DNA of 62,508 bases, filler included, from Squatina squatina (taxonomy: Eukaryota): assembly GCA_031763465.1 (NCBI GenBank). It is 4 parts of 4 records of this genome, joined end to end, with 100 filler letters (N's around TTAATTAATTAA, not from the genome) between each part and the next. Parts side by side here need not be neighbours in the genome. Positions count along the whole stretch, not along the records: positions 49,699 to 62,508 come from JARFOE010000219.1; 3 more parts are not named here. The stretch is one strand, 5' to 3'. How positions within the stretch are numbered: the stretch's first letter is position 1; the number at the start of each line of letters is the position of its first letter. The notes under the pieces were generated by a model. The model saw only the letters and a program-made list of their open reading frames with translations. It had not been told where the DNA came from and ran no database searches. Shown piece by piece: positions 49,655-62,381 of this stretch. The translations under genes and the position numbers were made by a program.

Positions 49655-51487
49655 NNNNNNNNNNNNNNNNNNNNNNNNNNNNNNNNNNNNNNNNNNNNCC
49701 TCGTGTTGAAAGGACACTCAGTTCCAGTTCGGTAATAAGTCTCCTTCTCTTTCTTTAAGCAATAGCCACGTTATAATAATTGTAATTCAGAGACAGCATA
49801 ACATTTCAACCCATCTGCAGGTCTTTGCTGTCTCAGTACTGGAATTGCTGCTGGTTTAGCTGACCCTTACCTAGCAGGTCTTCACCCAGCAGGGCAGATA
49901 TACACTGGAAGCACAGAGCAAGTTGGGGGAAAACAAAGTCAAATGTCATCACCATATAGCATAGAACTACTTTGCAAGCAGTTTGAAATCAATGATGCCA
50001 CTCAATGTTTCCTAGATGGAGAACAGTTATCTAATAATGGTAATATTTGTTTGGTGCTAAAGTGGTAAAAACAAATCTTTTGGACACAAGGAGCCACTGT
50101 CGATCTAAATTCTCTCCATACTGACAAATAAACCCTTGCACTACAATAGGATTAAGCAGCTTTTATGTTGTACAAAATGTATGCTAGTCGCAGTGATTCC
50201 CCATCAAAGTGCTTATGTAACCGGATGGAACACAGTAGTTTGTTTACTGGCTGGTGAGACCCATTAAGGGCAAGTCTTCCCATCCACTGGCTTTAGCTAA
50301 CCCATCAGGTTTACTTATGGGTTGCAGCCACATGTTAAGAGTTTGCACCACTAGCACAGGTCAGCGTAATGAGAAAGCAGTTTTACACTACACTATACAC
50401 CATACTGAGAACAGAACAGCTTATTACCCTGTTCAGCAGGATTTAAAAGATCCCATGGCACCATCTGAATGAGTGCAGGAGTGCTCGGCTAGTATCCTTG
50501 TCAACATTCATCCCTCAAACCACCACCACCACCAAAACAGATTCTTTCACTTGCTGTTTGAAACTTTGCACAAATTGGCTGCTGTGTTTGTCTACAGAAC
50601 AGCAACCACACTTCAAAAGAAATTCATTGGCTATGAAGTGCTTTAGGATTTCCTGAGAACATGAAAGACCCTGTATGAGTGCAAGTTCTTTGCACTGAAA
50701 GGGCAATTACATTGCGTTGCAGGTCGCTTGTCATTACTGAGAGACATGGAGCGAGATCTTGAACAGATTTCAAATCTCTGTATTCGGGTGGGGTCGAGAA
50801 TGGGAAGGAATGAAGCAAAGAGCATCTAATCTCCTTGCCTCTTATTTAAGGTTTGAGGTCAATAGTATAGTTCCTCCTGCAACTAAGGGTGATGAAAACC
50901 AAAACAAAAAAAAGTTACAAACACATACAGCACATAGACCTTCATGATCAACTATGGAAGCCCATTTCACTGAGTGAAGAAGCCCACAGTAAATTGTACC
51001 CTATGTTCTCAGTTGGAGAAATGAAAAGGACAGGTGAGGGAGGAAAGAGGAGGGGAGGGGATGGAAACTCAATTCACACTGCTGCGGTTAGAACGTCAAA
51101 TGTTACACCAGTGGTTAACGTGACTCACTTTAAAAATAACACCATACAAGACTTATGGCAATTAAGGGAGAGGAAGGGGTCTTTGTGAACTTTGCAGTGA
51201 AGAACCTGCCCTTCCCAGCACATACAAGGTTCTTAACAGATTGTTGGTTCCCCCTCCATTGACATATCATTACAACTCTCAGACTGTCTCTCTCCAATAT
51301 CCAGCTCTTCAGCCTTGTTTTTCAGCGATTCTCCTTTCCTTCTGGCGAGGCAGCAGCACATATACTCGTTATTGTGTAGCTTGATATTCTTCCTAATACT
51401 TTATTTTAACACTTTAACTCTCTATTGGTTATACGCACAATTTATCTTGGCTCACTTTTAGCAAACAGAAGAGGAGACGAATGTTGC

Positions 51488-51805
51488 CTAGAAGTTGTAC
51501 CGTGAGACGAAAATGATGACCTTGGAGACGTGCTTTGTCAGGACCGTTTTTCCAGAGAGTTCCGTCATCTCCATCTCAACCTCTAAGGTTGCGGGGCCTT
51601 GGATAGGGTGTACCAGCACCAGCTCCCCTGTCTGCCTGTCTGAGCGCTGAACAGAGAAATGGTTCTGTCCGACACCCCCTACGATGCTGAAGCGCATGGT
51701 GTCGCCCGTGAATCGGCTGCTCGTCATCCGGAACAGGGCCCTGGGGGCTCGTAGGTTCGAGGTCAGGGTTAGGTAATGAAACGTAATGGAGTACGCAGCA
51801 TTTGC
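51488..51805 (-). CDS. Fibulin-7-like (probable fibulin-8) last exon, fibulin C-terminal domain; 5' part in gap
   Basis: SITFHYLTLTSNLRAPRALFRM..GDTMRFSIVGG..FSVQRSDRQTGELVLV..QGPATLEVEMEM..HVSKVIIFVSRYNF-stop. Minus-strand AATAAA at 51400-51405. Confidence 0.85.
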   Translation of the reverse strand, partial: ANAAYSITFHYLTLTSNLRAPRALFRMTSSRFTGDTMRFSIVGGVGQNHFSVQRSDRQTGELVLVHPIQGPATLEVEMEMTELSGKTVLTKHVSKVIIFVSRYNF

Positions 51806-52445
51806 NNNNNNNNNNNNNNNNNNNNNNNNNNNNNNNNNNNNNNNNNNNNNNNNNNNNNNNNNNNNNNNNNNNNNNNNNNNNNNNNNNNNNNNNNNNNNNN
51901 NNNNNTATAAATGCAAATTATGTCTTGCCCTTCACAGCTGACTGCAATATGAGCTGAATGGCATGTTTATCACAGCTTCTGACTATCCTTTATCTCCAGT
52001 CTTCTCCTTATGCCAAAATAAATGATGCCTTAAACTCCCCCATAAACACACACTCTTTAATTACTCAGTTGTGATACAAAGCGCTCATTCTTGTATTTGC
52101 ATGTAATGGAATGCCGCATTACCAAGAGATTTTTGGACAAACCCATGTACTGTGTAGACGTATATGCATCCAAGCCCCCTCTACTGAACTGAGGACACAG
52201 GGCACAGTTGTATTACAGGTACTGGCTCAAGTCGGAACCTGCTTAAAGTGAACTGGGGCTAGCGGACCTGAGTTAGACTGCTGGCTCTGCATCGCTCTGT
52301 CGACGCATACAATCACACAGCTCCATTCACCGGCAACCAAATGCCAATTACCTTCTCAAGTGAATAACGGGCCAAAAAGGGCAGTCGGCTTGTTGCCAAG
52401 ATTAGAACACTACTGGCCAATAAAAATCTCCAACTGGCCATAGGT

Positions 52446-52459
52446 GTTGCTATGGCAAC
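52446..52459. promoter_or_regulatory. RFX X-box-like palindrome
   Basis: GTTGCTATGGCAAC is one mismatch from GTTGCCATGGCAAC and sits within GGTGTTGC-TATG-GCAACACC. Confidence 0.5.
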
Positions 52460-53046
52460 ACCGTTTTAGCCACATGCACCAATTTTAGTAGAAAACACCT
52501 TACATGCACTCGTACAATACAGGTAAATGGGCAGCACCTGTATATATTTACTTAACAAACATCGACCACCATTTTCACCAATCAGACGCAGGGCATCTTA
52601 GTGCAGCTTCTGGATTTTTATCCAGTAGTTGCAAGCAGTACTTTGACTTCATCGGGGGATTGCCGAGAATGTTGACGCACCCAATAAAATACACCAGACC
52701 CTGCTCTCCAACCAGATGCCATTTGCCCTTTGCATTGACATGCCCTGTTGGGGCTGGTCATTATTGGTTTCCTCTGCTGGCTTGGAACGAACTGACCATG
52801 ATACCAAAGCCTTCCTCTCCGTACACTGTTGCTGGTGTTTCCATGGTGCTGAAGTCCGGTATTTTCACTGGGATTGCACTCCATTTTAGCAAAGATCCAA
52901 TAAGCAGTGACCAAGGAAGTAAATCACACAGAACAATCAAAAAATACTTGCATGCTCTGCTTTCATTTTACCATTTTACGAACACATGGACAGAAAGGTT
53001 TAAGGACACATGCATACACCATGCAAGTATGAGTACTGAGTTCACA

Positions 53047-53277
53047 CATAGAAACATAGAAAAAGAGTAGGCCATTCGGCCCTTCGAGCCTGCTCCGCCT
53101 TTCAAAATGATCATGGCTGATCGTATAATTCAGTACCCTGTTCCCGCTTTCTCCCCATATCCCTTGAGCTCTTTAGCATTAAGAAATATATCTATCTCCT
53201 TCTTGAATATATCTAATGACTTGGCCTCCACTGCCTTCTGTGGTAGAGAATTCCACAGGTTCACCACCCTCTGAGTG
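53047..53277 (-). mobile_element. CR1 3' end fragment
   Basis: TQRVVNLWNSLPQKAVEAKSLDIFKKEIDIFL plus 3' tail. Confidence 0.9.
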
Positions 53278-53614
53278 NNNNNNNNNNNNNNNNNNNNNNN
53301 NNNNNNNNNNNNNNNNNNNNNNNNNNNNNNNNNNNNNNNNNNNNNNNNNNNNNNNNNNNNNNNNNNNNNNNNNNNNNAGTTACCGCACATTGCACGTAGT
53401 GTGTAGCTGTTCCTGGATGCAGTTACTGCACATTGCAAGCAGTGTGTCGCAGTCGCTGGCTGTGGTGACGGAGTTGCATTCTCTGTTCCTTTCAATCTCT
53501 CTCTGGCTCTCCGCTCCCTGCTGCATCGCCTCAGTAGAGGGAGACACTGTGTGTCAGACGGCAGCAAGTGAACCCAGTGCCGGACTTTCTCCTCTGATCA
53601 CCGCTCAGTCCCAG

Positions 53615-53726
53615 ATGAAAGGACCGGCTCTGCTCCCGATCCTCCTGGCCACCCTGATGGTGCCAGCTGCCACGGGAAAGACAGAGGCAGCGCCGGGGGA
53701 AGGGACCTTCAACTGGGATCTGAAAG
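53615..53726 (+). CDS. CLEC18: CLEC18-like exon 1 (signal peptide)
   Basis: ATG; hydrophobic MKGPALLPILLATLMVPAATG; G|GTAAGG donor whose phase 1 matches exon 2. Confidence 0.7.
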
Positions 53727-54195
53727 GTAAGGGGACCCGGGTACTCTCATAGATCCTGCGCACAGATTTAGCATCGGGGCGATTCGCATTTGATTCAAAC
53801 TGTGCTCCAATTATATTAATGACCTGCTCCTGTTCCCAGGGTTACAGGTAACAATAATAAGACGAGCTTTTTTTTCTCAGATATAAACTTTTAGCTGAAA
53901 GTTTGCAGGTTGCAAAAACTTTCATCTAAACTTCTGAGCAGAATGGCTTGTCCAGAGACTGGTGACTAATTTTAGGATCAGATCTTGCAAAGGGGTCGAA
54001 TTGCACCTATAAGTTGTCAAAGTTATTTTTTTAAGTGTTTAAAATGAATAAATAGAGGAGTCCTGTAAATCCCCACTGTCTCCTGCAAACCCCTGGCACA
54101 GAATTGGACCTTTGAGTCACATTCCGTTGCCATGGAGTTCTTCAGGTCAGCCCCGGTATTTGCATTTTTACACTTTTATCACCTTCTCCCTGCAG

Positions 54196-54287
54196 AGCTG
54201 GCGCCCAAAGAACGCTTTGCCATCCTGGCCCACCACAACCGTCTCAGGAGCAAAGTTCAGCCCCCTGCGGCTAACATGCAGAAACTG
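54196..54287 (+). CDS. CLEC18: CLEC18-like exon 2, start of CAP/SCP domain
   Basis: CCCTGCAG acceptor, GTAAGC donor. (E)LAPKERFAILAHHNRLRSKVQPPAANMQKL aligns with human CLEC18 [30 protein letters not shown]. Confidence 0.8.
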
Positions 54288-54407
54288 GTAAGCAGATTCA
54301 TCTCTCCNNNNNNNNNNNNNNNNNNNNNNNNNNNNNNNNNNNNNNNNNNNNNNNNNNNNNNNNNNNNNNNNNNNNNNNNNNNNNNNNNNNNNNNNNNNNN
54401 NNNNNNN

Positions 54408-54570
54408 ACGTGGCACTAGGAGTAATCCTGAGATTACTACCTTTGAGGCCCTGCTTTTCAATCTCTTTCCTAGCTCCCTAAAATCTGCTTGCAGGATCTC
54501 ATCTCTCTTCCTTCCTATGTCATTGGTACCGATATGGACCACTACCTCTGGCTGTTCGCCCTCCCCCTCC
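54408..54570 (-). mobile_element. CR1 ORF1 (SGNH esterase-like) fragment
   Basis: VHIGTNDIGRKRDEILQADFRELGKRLKSRASKVVISGLL. Confidence 0.85.
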
Positions 54571-57500
54571 AGGGGGGATCGGATTAAGGCGTGGGTTCTG
54601 AGAGTCTACTTGGCTACTGATATAAATTTATCAAAAACCTCAATAACTACTCGTGAGACACTGAAGATCAGTGCAAAAAACTACAGGGGTAGATTCTTCT
54701 GGACCAGTGTCCAGGCGTACTTGGAATTCCTGGGCACAGCAAACACAGGAAAATCAGGCAGGGTGAGGCGCACTCATAAAGGAGCTCGCCTGACTTTCCA
54801 GTCATTCATTTAAATTGATGCAAAATCAGGCAGGCTTCCTTACTTCCACCCCACCCAGTTTTCCTATATTTGTTGCACCCAATATGCCTGAGCTCAGGCC
54901 CAGGAAAAATTCCCCTTTGGATTTTTTTTTTAATACAGAACTTTGATGTTTGTTTTGCATGTTAGGAATTTTCCAGACAGGTCCCTCCATAACTGAGCTG
55001 CCTAGTTTTTGTACAGACTGGGTGCGTGAAGCTGCTTGGTTCACGGCACTGGAGAAGAAATGTTCCTGNNNNNNNNNNNNNNNNNNNNNNNNNNNNNNNN
55101 NNNNNNNNNNNNNNNNNNNNNNNNNNNNNNNNNNNNNNNNNNNNNNNNNNNNNNNNNNNNNNNNNNNNACTGACCTGACTTGACTGATCAGTGCAATAAG
55201 ACACCTTGTGGTTCGAGCTGCAGCAGCCCTGTGCATGCGTGTGAGATCAAGAGGAGTGCAGCCGTCACTCCTTTCCCCCCTCCCCCTTCTCTTCACTGGC
55301 AGATGGGAGACACTTGCACACAAACGCAGTGTGTGTGACAGTCTGGACATACAATACCCTGCGAAAACAATGGCACAGTCCCAGTCTTGTCAGCATGAAA
55401 TGCTGTTAGATTCAATGATTGAAGCATTAATAAAGCTACACAGATTAAAATAATCCAGTCGATGGTTGCTACGTGAGATAACCGATTCATCCAAGGCTAA
55501 TCAAGCAGCTCACAGATCAGCAGTTTGAATAACAGTCTTATTTCTTAAGATTTTCAGGAATTCCCTCGCTAAACCTATCCGCCTCTCTCTTTCCTCCTTT
55601 AAGATGCTCCTTAAAATCTGCCTCTTTGGCCAACGTTTGTGTGAAGCATCTTGGGACATTTTACTTCGTTAATGTGCTATATAAATCCAAGTTACTGTTG
55701 TTGCACTCATAAGGTTCNNNNNNNNNNNNNNNNNNNNNNNNNNNNNNNNNNNNNNNNNNNNNNNNNNNNNNNNNNNNNNNNNNNNNNNNNNNNNNNNNNN
55801 NNNNNNNNNNNNNNNNNAAATGCGCAGCGCACGCAATTACGTGCCATACAATGCAGCGCATGCGATTATGTGCCACACAGCGCAAGTACAGAGCCCCATT
55901 CTTCTGGCATTTTGCGAATAGGAGACAGCAGGGATAAGCCTTGCTCCGTTGGCACCCCGTTGGAAAAAGGGGTGCAGGTGTTACAGGGAGAGACCTTTGC
56001 CGATCGCTGGTTTGCTATTCCCTAGGCGTGGATGCCCAAACCCCACTGGCTCCATACCCACAGATGGGATCCTGCCTTGGACTTGGTTCGAGGGCACTTT
56101 TGGGTTGTGCCGTCCAGGCCTGAGATAGGCCTTGGCCACATTGAACCTGCTGATAACCAACAGCTTTGCCACCTCAGAGGGGACCCGAGTGCAATAGCAG
56201 CGCAAGGAGGATCTCCGCATGACAATGAGGCCGGGACGCTCGCAGAGGGAGGCCCATCCCCGCTCCCCACCTTAGCACAGTGCGGGCAGAATGTGGCTAG
56301 CGCCAGGAACACACACATCACTCCATAATCTGCTGCCTGTTGTTGGAGGCACAGACAGGATAGGTTAATTTCTGTCGGGAGTTTCTTGTTTGTTGCATAG
56401 ATTCTTGCATATTAGCTCTTTAATTGTTACTCATTGGGTAGCATTTACAACCTAGCTATAGGTCACTGTTCTGAGTAGAGTCAGCTGGTTTTTCAGAGTA
56501 AACTAGGCTCTAAGTTCCTACAAGCACCGTAGATCATTGATATGATGTCCTTCTTTGTTAAAGGTTAGACATTAAATCTGGGGTGGTCAGACGTTCTTGA
56601 GAAGCCTAGATAGATACAGATTCAGCTTTTTTGGGCAGTGCTGGGCCTTACAAAAATCCATGTAGCTTTCATTATTAATCCATTTTTCTTTCAGAATCTT
56701 TATATATATTATGGAGGGATTTAACTGATTGTAATGCATGGTTTGTAAAATCACACTTCTTTGATCTGGTTTCAGGAAGACTTGCGATAACAGAACCTCC
56801 AGATCTGGCATCCCAATTAGCTGAATAACCTCAATATGCTAACAGATAATGGAAACCCACAACATGCAGTGCCACCTATCGCAAGTTCCCCACTCACTCC
56901 TACAGTTGTATTGCATTTTTTTTATTCCACAGTTTGACTTGACAGTCTTAAACTGGAGTCTAAAAAATACTCTTGCCAGTGTAAACATAGACCTCTGAGG
57001 GCAGATAGTTAGGGATCTTAATTTTGTGAAGACTCTCGGACCTGGCAAGGTCTAAAACTATTTTTAATTCGAAAACGATTAGGCGTAGTAGCTTGAAAAA
57101 AGATACTAAAATGTATATAAGGCAAGCCTAAGCAGTAAGAAAGATGAATAGAAGCCAACCTACAGATTTGCTAAGAAGTAAACTCAAACCTACAGTTAGT
57201 AAACGGCATATAGAGACAAGGTTTTCACTAATGTTCTTTAGAGAAAGAAATCCACCATCCTTACTTGATCTGGCCTACATGTGAATCCAGACCCACAGCA
57301 ATGTGGTTGACTTTTAACTTTCCTCTGAAATGGCCCAGCAAGCCGTTATGTAAGCAGGGAAGTAAAGAGATATCAAGGTAGAAGCATATAAATTAGGTAA
57401 GTAGGAAGTATTTCATTCTTTAGGGTTACTGCCCTGAGTGACATAGTCTGCACTAATTGTGTCTGGTTTTGATTCCTCTTTGGGGGCACGCTTAAATTAA

Positions 57501-57908
57501 CTTTGCTAGTCATGCATCATGGGTAACCATGGTCTCCTGGAGCTTTGCTTGACTGCTCTTATGGGGGTCGGGGAGGAATTTTCCAAAGTTTTTCCTGTAA
57601 TTGGCCACAGGTTTTTGCTCTGGTTTTTTGCCTCCCCCAGGAGTTAGCATTACTAGCGAGTCGGGAGGGCAGGATATAGTTTGACGGTCTGCTTAGAGTC
57701 GTAGGGGAGCGAGCTCTCCTGCAACCCTAAGGGTCAAACAGAAAAGCCCCTTAGTAATATTTTAAAATAAAATAAAATTTAACAGAACTAAATCGTATCT
57801 TTGTCCTGNNNNNNNNNNNNNNNNNNNNNNNNNNNNNNNNNNNNNNNNNNNNNNNNNNNNNNNNNNNNNNNNNNNNNNNNNNNNNNNNNNNNNNNNNNNN
57901 NNNNNNNN

Positions 57909-58220
57909 TTTGTGGATGACACCAAATTGGGGAGGATAGTCAATATCGAGAAGGACTGCTACAAATCACGGGAGGACATTAATAAACTTGCAGAATGGGC
58001 ATAGAATTAGCAAATGAAGTTCAACACAGATAAATGTGAGGTATTACATTTTGGTAGGAAGAATAGGGAGGTCACTTGCTACTTGGAAGGTGCGAGTCTA
58101 GGTGGGGTAGAGGAACAAAGGGATCTCGGAGTACAAATATACAAATCACTAAAAGTTGCATCACAGGTTAGCAAGGCCTTAAAAAAGCAAACAAAGCACT
58201 AGGGTTTATTTCCAGAGGTA
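57909..58220 (+). mobile_element. CR1 reverse transcriptase C-terminal fragment
   Basis: FVDDTKLG..MKFNTDKCEVLHFGRKN..EQRDLGV, with an in-frame stop. Confidence 0.9.
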
Positions 58221-58614
58221 TGGGGGAGAAATTGGGGTAGTTTGCATTTCCTGTTAGCACCCCGGGGGCAAACGACTTTTTGCTTGGGTGCGCCGCTACT
58301 AACAACTCCCGCTAAAGCTTAGCGGCGGCGTTAGCCCATAGCGTCCCGCTCTGCTGGCGATGACAATGTCATCACCATGCACAACGCCCCATTTTCAGCC
58401 TGGAATAGAAATTGGCCCCCATCCCCTGAAGCTGTGCCGGACGATGACACGGATGATACCAGCAATGCAAGGGTATGCATATCAGGAAAGGATGAACAGG
58501 CTGGATCTCTTTTCNNNNNNNNNNNNNNNNNNNNNNNNNNNNNNNNNNNNNNNNNNNNNNNNNNNNNNNNNNNNNNNNNNNNNNNNNNNNNNNNNNNNNN
58601 NNNNNNNNNNNNNN

Positions 58615-58810
58615 TCATGTTATGGTCACTTCTCCCTAAAAGGCCCCTCAGAACAAGATTATTAATTAAACCCTTCTCATTGCACAAAACCAAATCCAGG
58701 ATAGCCTGTTCCCTAGTTGGTTCCTCAGCGTACTGGTCTGAGAAACCATCTCGTACACACTACAGGAATTCGTCCTCCACAGTATTATTACAAATTTGGT
58801 TGGGCTAATC
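58615..58810 (-). mobile_element. CR1 endonuclease fragment
   Basis: VLCNEKGLINNLVLRGLLGRSDHNM. Confidence 0.8.
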
Positions 58811-58818
58811 TAAATGTA

Positions 58819-59280
58819 GTGTTTAACTTTCTCAGTGCCAAGCCCATGTGATGGTGTGTTTAACTCTCTGTGCCAAGCCCTTATGATGGTGTTTTTAACT
58901 CTCTTCATGCCAAGCCCATGTGATTGTGTGTTTAACTCTCAGTACCAGGCCCGTATGATGGTGTGTTTAATTCAGAGATCCCAATACCTTTTTTAACCCT
59001 CTCAGGACCAAGTCTGTTTCACAACTTGATGCTGTACCCTTTCAGTACAGAGTGGTGGCAGTGCGTTTAACTCCCTCAGTACTGAACCTGCGTCCCAGTT
59101 GCATGTTTCACTCTTTCAGTACCTGACCCATATTGTGGCGGTGGGTTTAACTTGCTCCCTGCTCAGCACCGCGTTTAGCATTCTCAGACGCAGGTCCACA
59201 TAGCCAAGACACATGTAACCTCACCGCAGCGCCCCCATATCATGGTCAACCCCCTTAATGCTGAATCTATATCATGGCAG
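58819..59280 (+). repeat. Decaying 35-37-bp minisatellite
   Basis: Four good units of TTTAACTCTCAGTGCCAAGCCCATGTGATGGTGTG-like sequence, then degenerate units retaining a TTTAAC..CTCAG core. Confidence 0.8.
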
Positions 59281-59289
59281 TACAATTCC

Positions 59290-59772
59290 CAACAATCACT
59301 TGCAATTATATAGCGCCTTTAATGTAACAAAACGTCCTGAGGTGCTTCATAGGAGCGTTATCAGACAAAAGTTGACACCGAGGCACATAAGGAGACATTG
59401 GGACAGGTAACCAAAAGCTTGGTCAAAGAGGTAGGTGCTACACAGCATAGACCCAAGAGGAGTCCAGCCCTGCAACCCTCCAAGATTTCTGTGCTCCTCC
59501 AAATCTGGCCTCTTGTGCATCCCCGATTTCCTTTACCTGACCATTAATGGCCATGTTGTCAACCGTCTGGGTTCCAACCTCTGAAATTCCCTCCTTAAAC
59601 CTCTGCATCTATCTACCTGTCTCTCTTCCTTTAAGACGATTCTTAAAACCTACCTCTTTGATTACGCTTTTGGTCATCTGTCCGAATGTCTCTTGTTTGA
59701 TAATGCTCCTGTGAAGCACCTTGGGATGTTTTACCACTTTAAAAGCGCAATATAAATGCAATTTGTTGTTGT
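59290..59772. mobile_element. Two L2 3' fragments in inverted orientation
   Basis: 59290-59436 (minus) and ~59470-59772 (plus) are complementary copies of the same L2 tail. Confidence 0.7.
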
Positions 59773-60118
59773 AAATGATCATTTGCTGATGGACCCAATT
59801 TACTTGTTGACTTGTGTTGCAAGTCACTAAATCCTGATGTGACATTTGTTAAATAACTCTGTCAAATGGTTTAAAAAAAAAACAGCTCCCCTCTGTTTTG
59901 ATGTATCTTGCTCTTAGAAGCGCACCCAGCTCCCTGGATCTAAACGAGTTTCCAATCATTCTTAGTCCGTTTAATTATGTTCAACTCCTCATTTACCCTG
60001 CACCTTGACTACTCTGTGCGATGCAATTCCTGGGGCACGGCTCCGATTCACAGAATAGCAGAAAAATACGTCGGGCTATGTCTGAAGAGAAGCTTTCCCT
60101 TCATTCTCAAAAAAGTGT

Positions 60119-60500
60119 CAGCTGTGGCTCAATGGGACACCTTTGCCTCTGTGTCAGAAGGTCGTGGGTTCAAATCTCACTCGAGAGACTTGAGCGCATA
60201 ATCCAGGCTGACATGCCCAGTGCAGTACTGAGGGACTGCTGTAGTGTCAGTGGTGCCATCTTTCAGATGTGACATTAAACCGAGGCCCTGTCTGCCCTCT
60301 CAGGTGGACGTAAAAGACCCTATGGCACTATTTGGAAGGAGAGCAGGGTGTTATGACCAATATTTATCCTTCAACCAACATAATTAAAAACAGATTATTT
60401 GGACCTTGCTGTGCACAAATTGGCTGCCATATTTCTTGCATTACAACAGTGACTACACTGCAAAAGTAATGAATTGGCTGTAGTGTAAAGCGCTTTGAAT
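60119..60500 (+). mobile_element. SacSINE1-like Deu SINE, near full length
   Basis: GCTGTGGCTCAATGG head, GGGTTCAAATC B-box, core TTAAACCGAGGCCCTGTCTGCCCTCTCAGGTGGACGTAAAAGA. Confidence 0.85.
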
Positions 60501-61051
60501 CTTCGCGAAAGACAAAAGTTTTTCTTTTTTTTACAGTCACTGATTTCTATCTTGCGAGGAATTTGATTGCACTTTGTTTTGCGTGAAGCCAGAGTTGACA
60601 CATCCAGGCCCTGTATTTAAAGGAATGGGCCTCACTCCAAACAAGCAGACTCGACAGGCTTGACCCTATCAACTGTTCGCCCTTTAACCCCGTGCTCAGT
60701 CACCCATTCACTGGGCAGAAGTGGCTGGGTTTGATTTCCCTTTGAACACAAAGCTTACTGGGGTCTCGCTGTTAGATTTGTTTACCCAGCCCGTGAAGGG
60801 GCCCGCCCATCTGTTTCCTCCAGAGGCCCACAGGTCAGGGCTGGCCTAGCAGGGCATGTAACCCCATGCTGTGTAATTCACAGCCTGCAGGCTCATGCTG
60901 GGCTGCTCACAGGCTGGGAGAAGAACTTTCCTTTCCTTCCCACTCCTGAGGCAGCAGGGCACTCTGCGCTTCCAGTTTCCTATCTCTTCCGGAATGTGGG
61001 AAGGAGTTTCCTCAGAAACTCAACAGTTGCAGCTTCTGGGGTTTGCATTTT

Positions 61052-61327
61052 ACAAAGAAAAGAAGACTTGTGTTTATACAGTGCCTAGCATGACCTCGGG
61101 ATGTCCCAAAACACTTCACAACCGATGAAGTACTTTTGAAGTCTAGTCACTGTTGTAATGTAGGAAAAGCGGCAGCCAATTCCCACAAGTTCCCACAAAC
61201 AGCAATGTAATAATGGTGTTTTTTTTTAGTGATATTGGTTTAGGGATAAATGATGGCCAGAACACTGAGAACTCCCCTATTCTTCGCATAAGTGCTGTAT
61301 GGGATGTTTTACATCCACCTGCGAGGG
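61052..61327 (-). mobile_element. SacSINE1-like 3' fragment
   Basis: Reverse complement of the 3' half of the copy at 60119. Confidence 0.75.
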
Positions 61328-61427
61328 NNNNNNNNNNNNNNNNNNNNNNNNNNNNNNNNNNNNNNNNNNNNNNNNNNNNNNNNNNNNNNNNNNNNNNNNN
61401 NNNNNNNNNNNNNNNNNNNNNNNNNNN

Positions 61428-62285
61428 TACTTGGGAATTGGGCAGACAGATGATAAAATGAAATTCAATGTAGAGAAGTGCCAATATTCCAGTAAGGCAC
61501 TATTACATAAACGGAAAAAATATAAAGTGTATGGAAAATGAAAAAGATCTGGGGAGTCCTGATTGACAATAAATTGAAGCTATCCTAACAATACGCAGTG
61601 GCAGCGAGTAAAGCAAATTCAATGTTGGAATATATTAAAAGATCAATATTGAGCCAAAATAATGAAGTAACCATACCACTTTATAAATGATTGGTGCGAC
61701 CACACTGCGAATACTGTATGATTGTGGGGATGGAGGGATTGGAGTATGAGGAGCGATTACATAAATTAGGCATGTTCTCACTGGAAAAGAGAATGTTGAG
61801 AGGAGGTCTGATTGCTGCTTTTGTTTCTAAAGGGACTAGATAATGTCGACCATGACAAGCTGTTTCACCTTGTCCAGAGGGCACTTGAGGGCGGGTAAAT
61901 TCAAAACGAATCTGCGGAAACTATTTCAGTGAGTGGTTAATCTAAGAAACAGATTCTTGAGGGAGATGGTGGATGCAGTTAGTATTGATTCATTCAAATG
62001 TAATTTAGATCGATTTCTTTCAGAATATACCATTTTCGGATATAGTACATGACATGTGGTAAGTGTAACATGCTTGGGAGCAACAAGTAACTTTGGACCT
62101 ATGGTTCCCGAAGCTGTTCACCGCCCATGTCATGTCTGGGTCTGTTGTAGACTGATTGATAGAGATTGATTGCAGTGATTGTAGTCAACAACTCCGTTAT
62201 CATTGTATCAGGTGACTACCAGGATGGTAGAAGGCGAACTAGATGCATCTTGGTCTTCTTTATCTAGCAATTCCTACGTTCCTAA
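61428..62285 (+). mobile_element. Degenerate CR1 3' region with UTR
   Basis: MKFNVEKC, LVRPHCEYC and YEERLHKLGMFSLEKRMLRG remnants; tail ending CCTACGTTCCT. Confidence 0.8.
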
Positions 62286-62381
62286 ATATTGATGGTTCTG
62301 TTTGTTCCTTGTCTCTGTAACTTGGTTATGATTCAATGACTGATGGATAATTGATTGCTCTTCCTGCTGTGATCCTTCTAG

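Noticed and set aside
52504-53070. 188-aa plus-strand ORF
   Set aside because: No recognisable domain, composition unlike coding sequence, and it ends in a CR1 tail.
54966-55068. CLEC18 exon 3 candidate
   Set aside because: Translation lacks the expected CAP-domain motifs in the phase required by exon 2.
58819-59280. CRISPR-like array
   Set aside because: Spacers are homologous to each other, repeats are degenerate, there are no cas genes and the context is vertebrate. It is a minisatellite.
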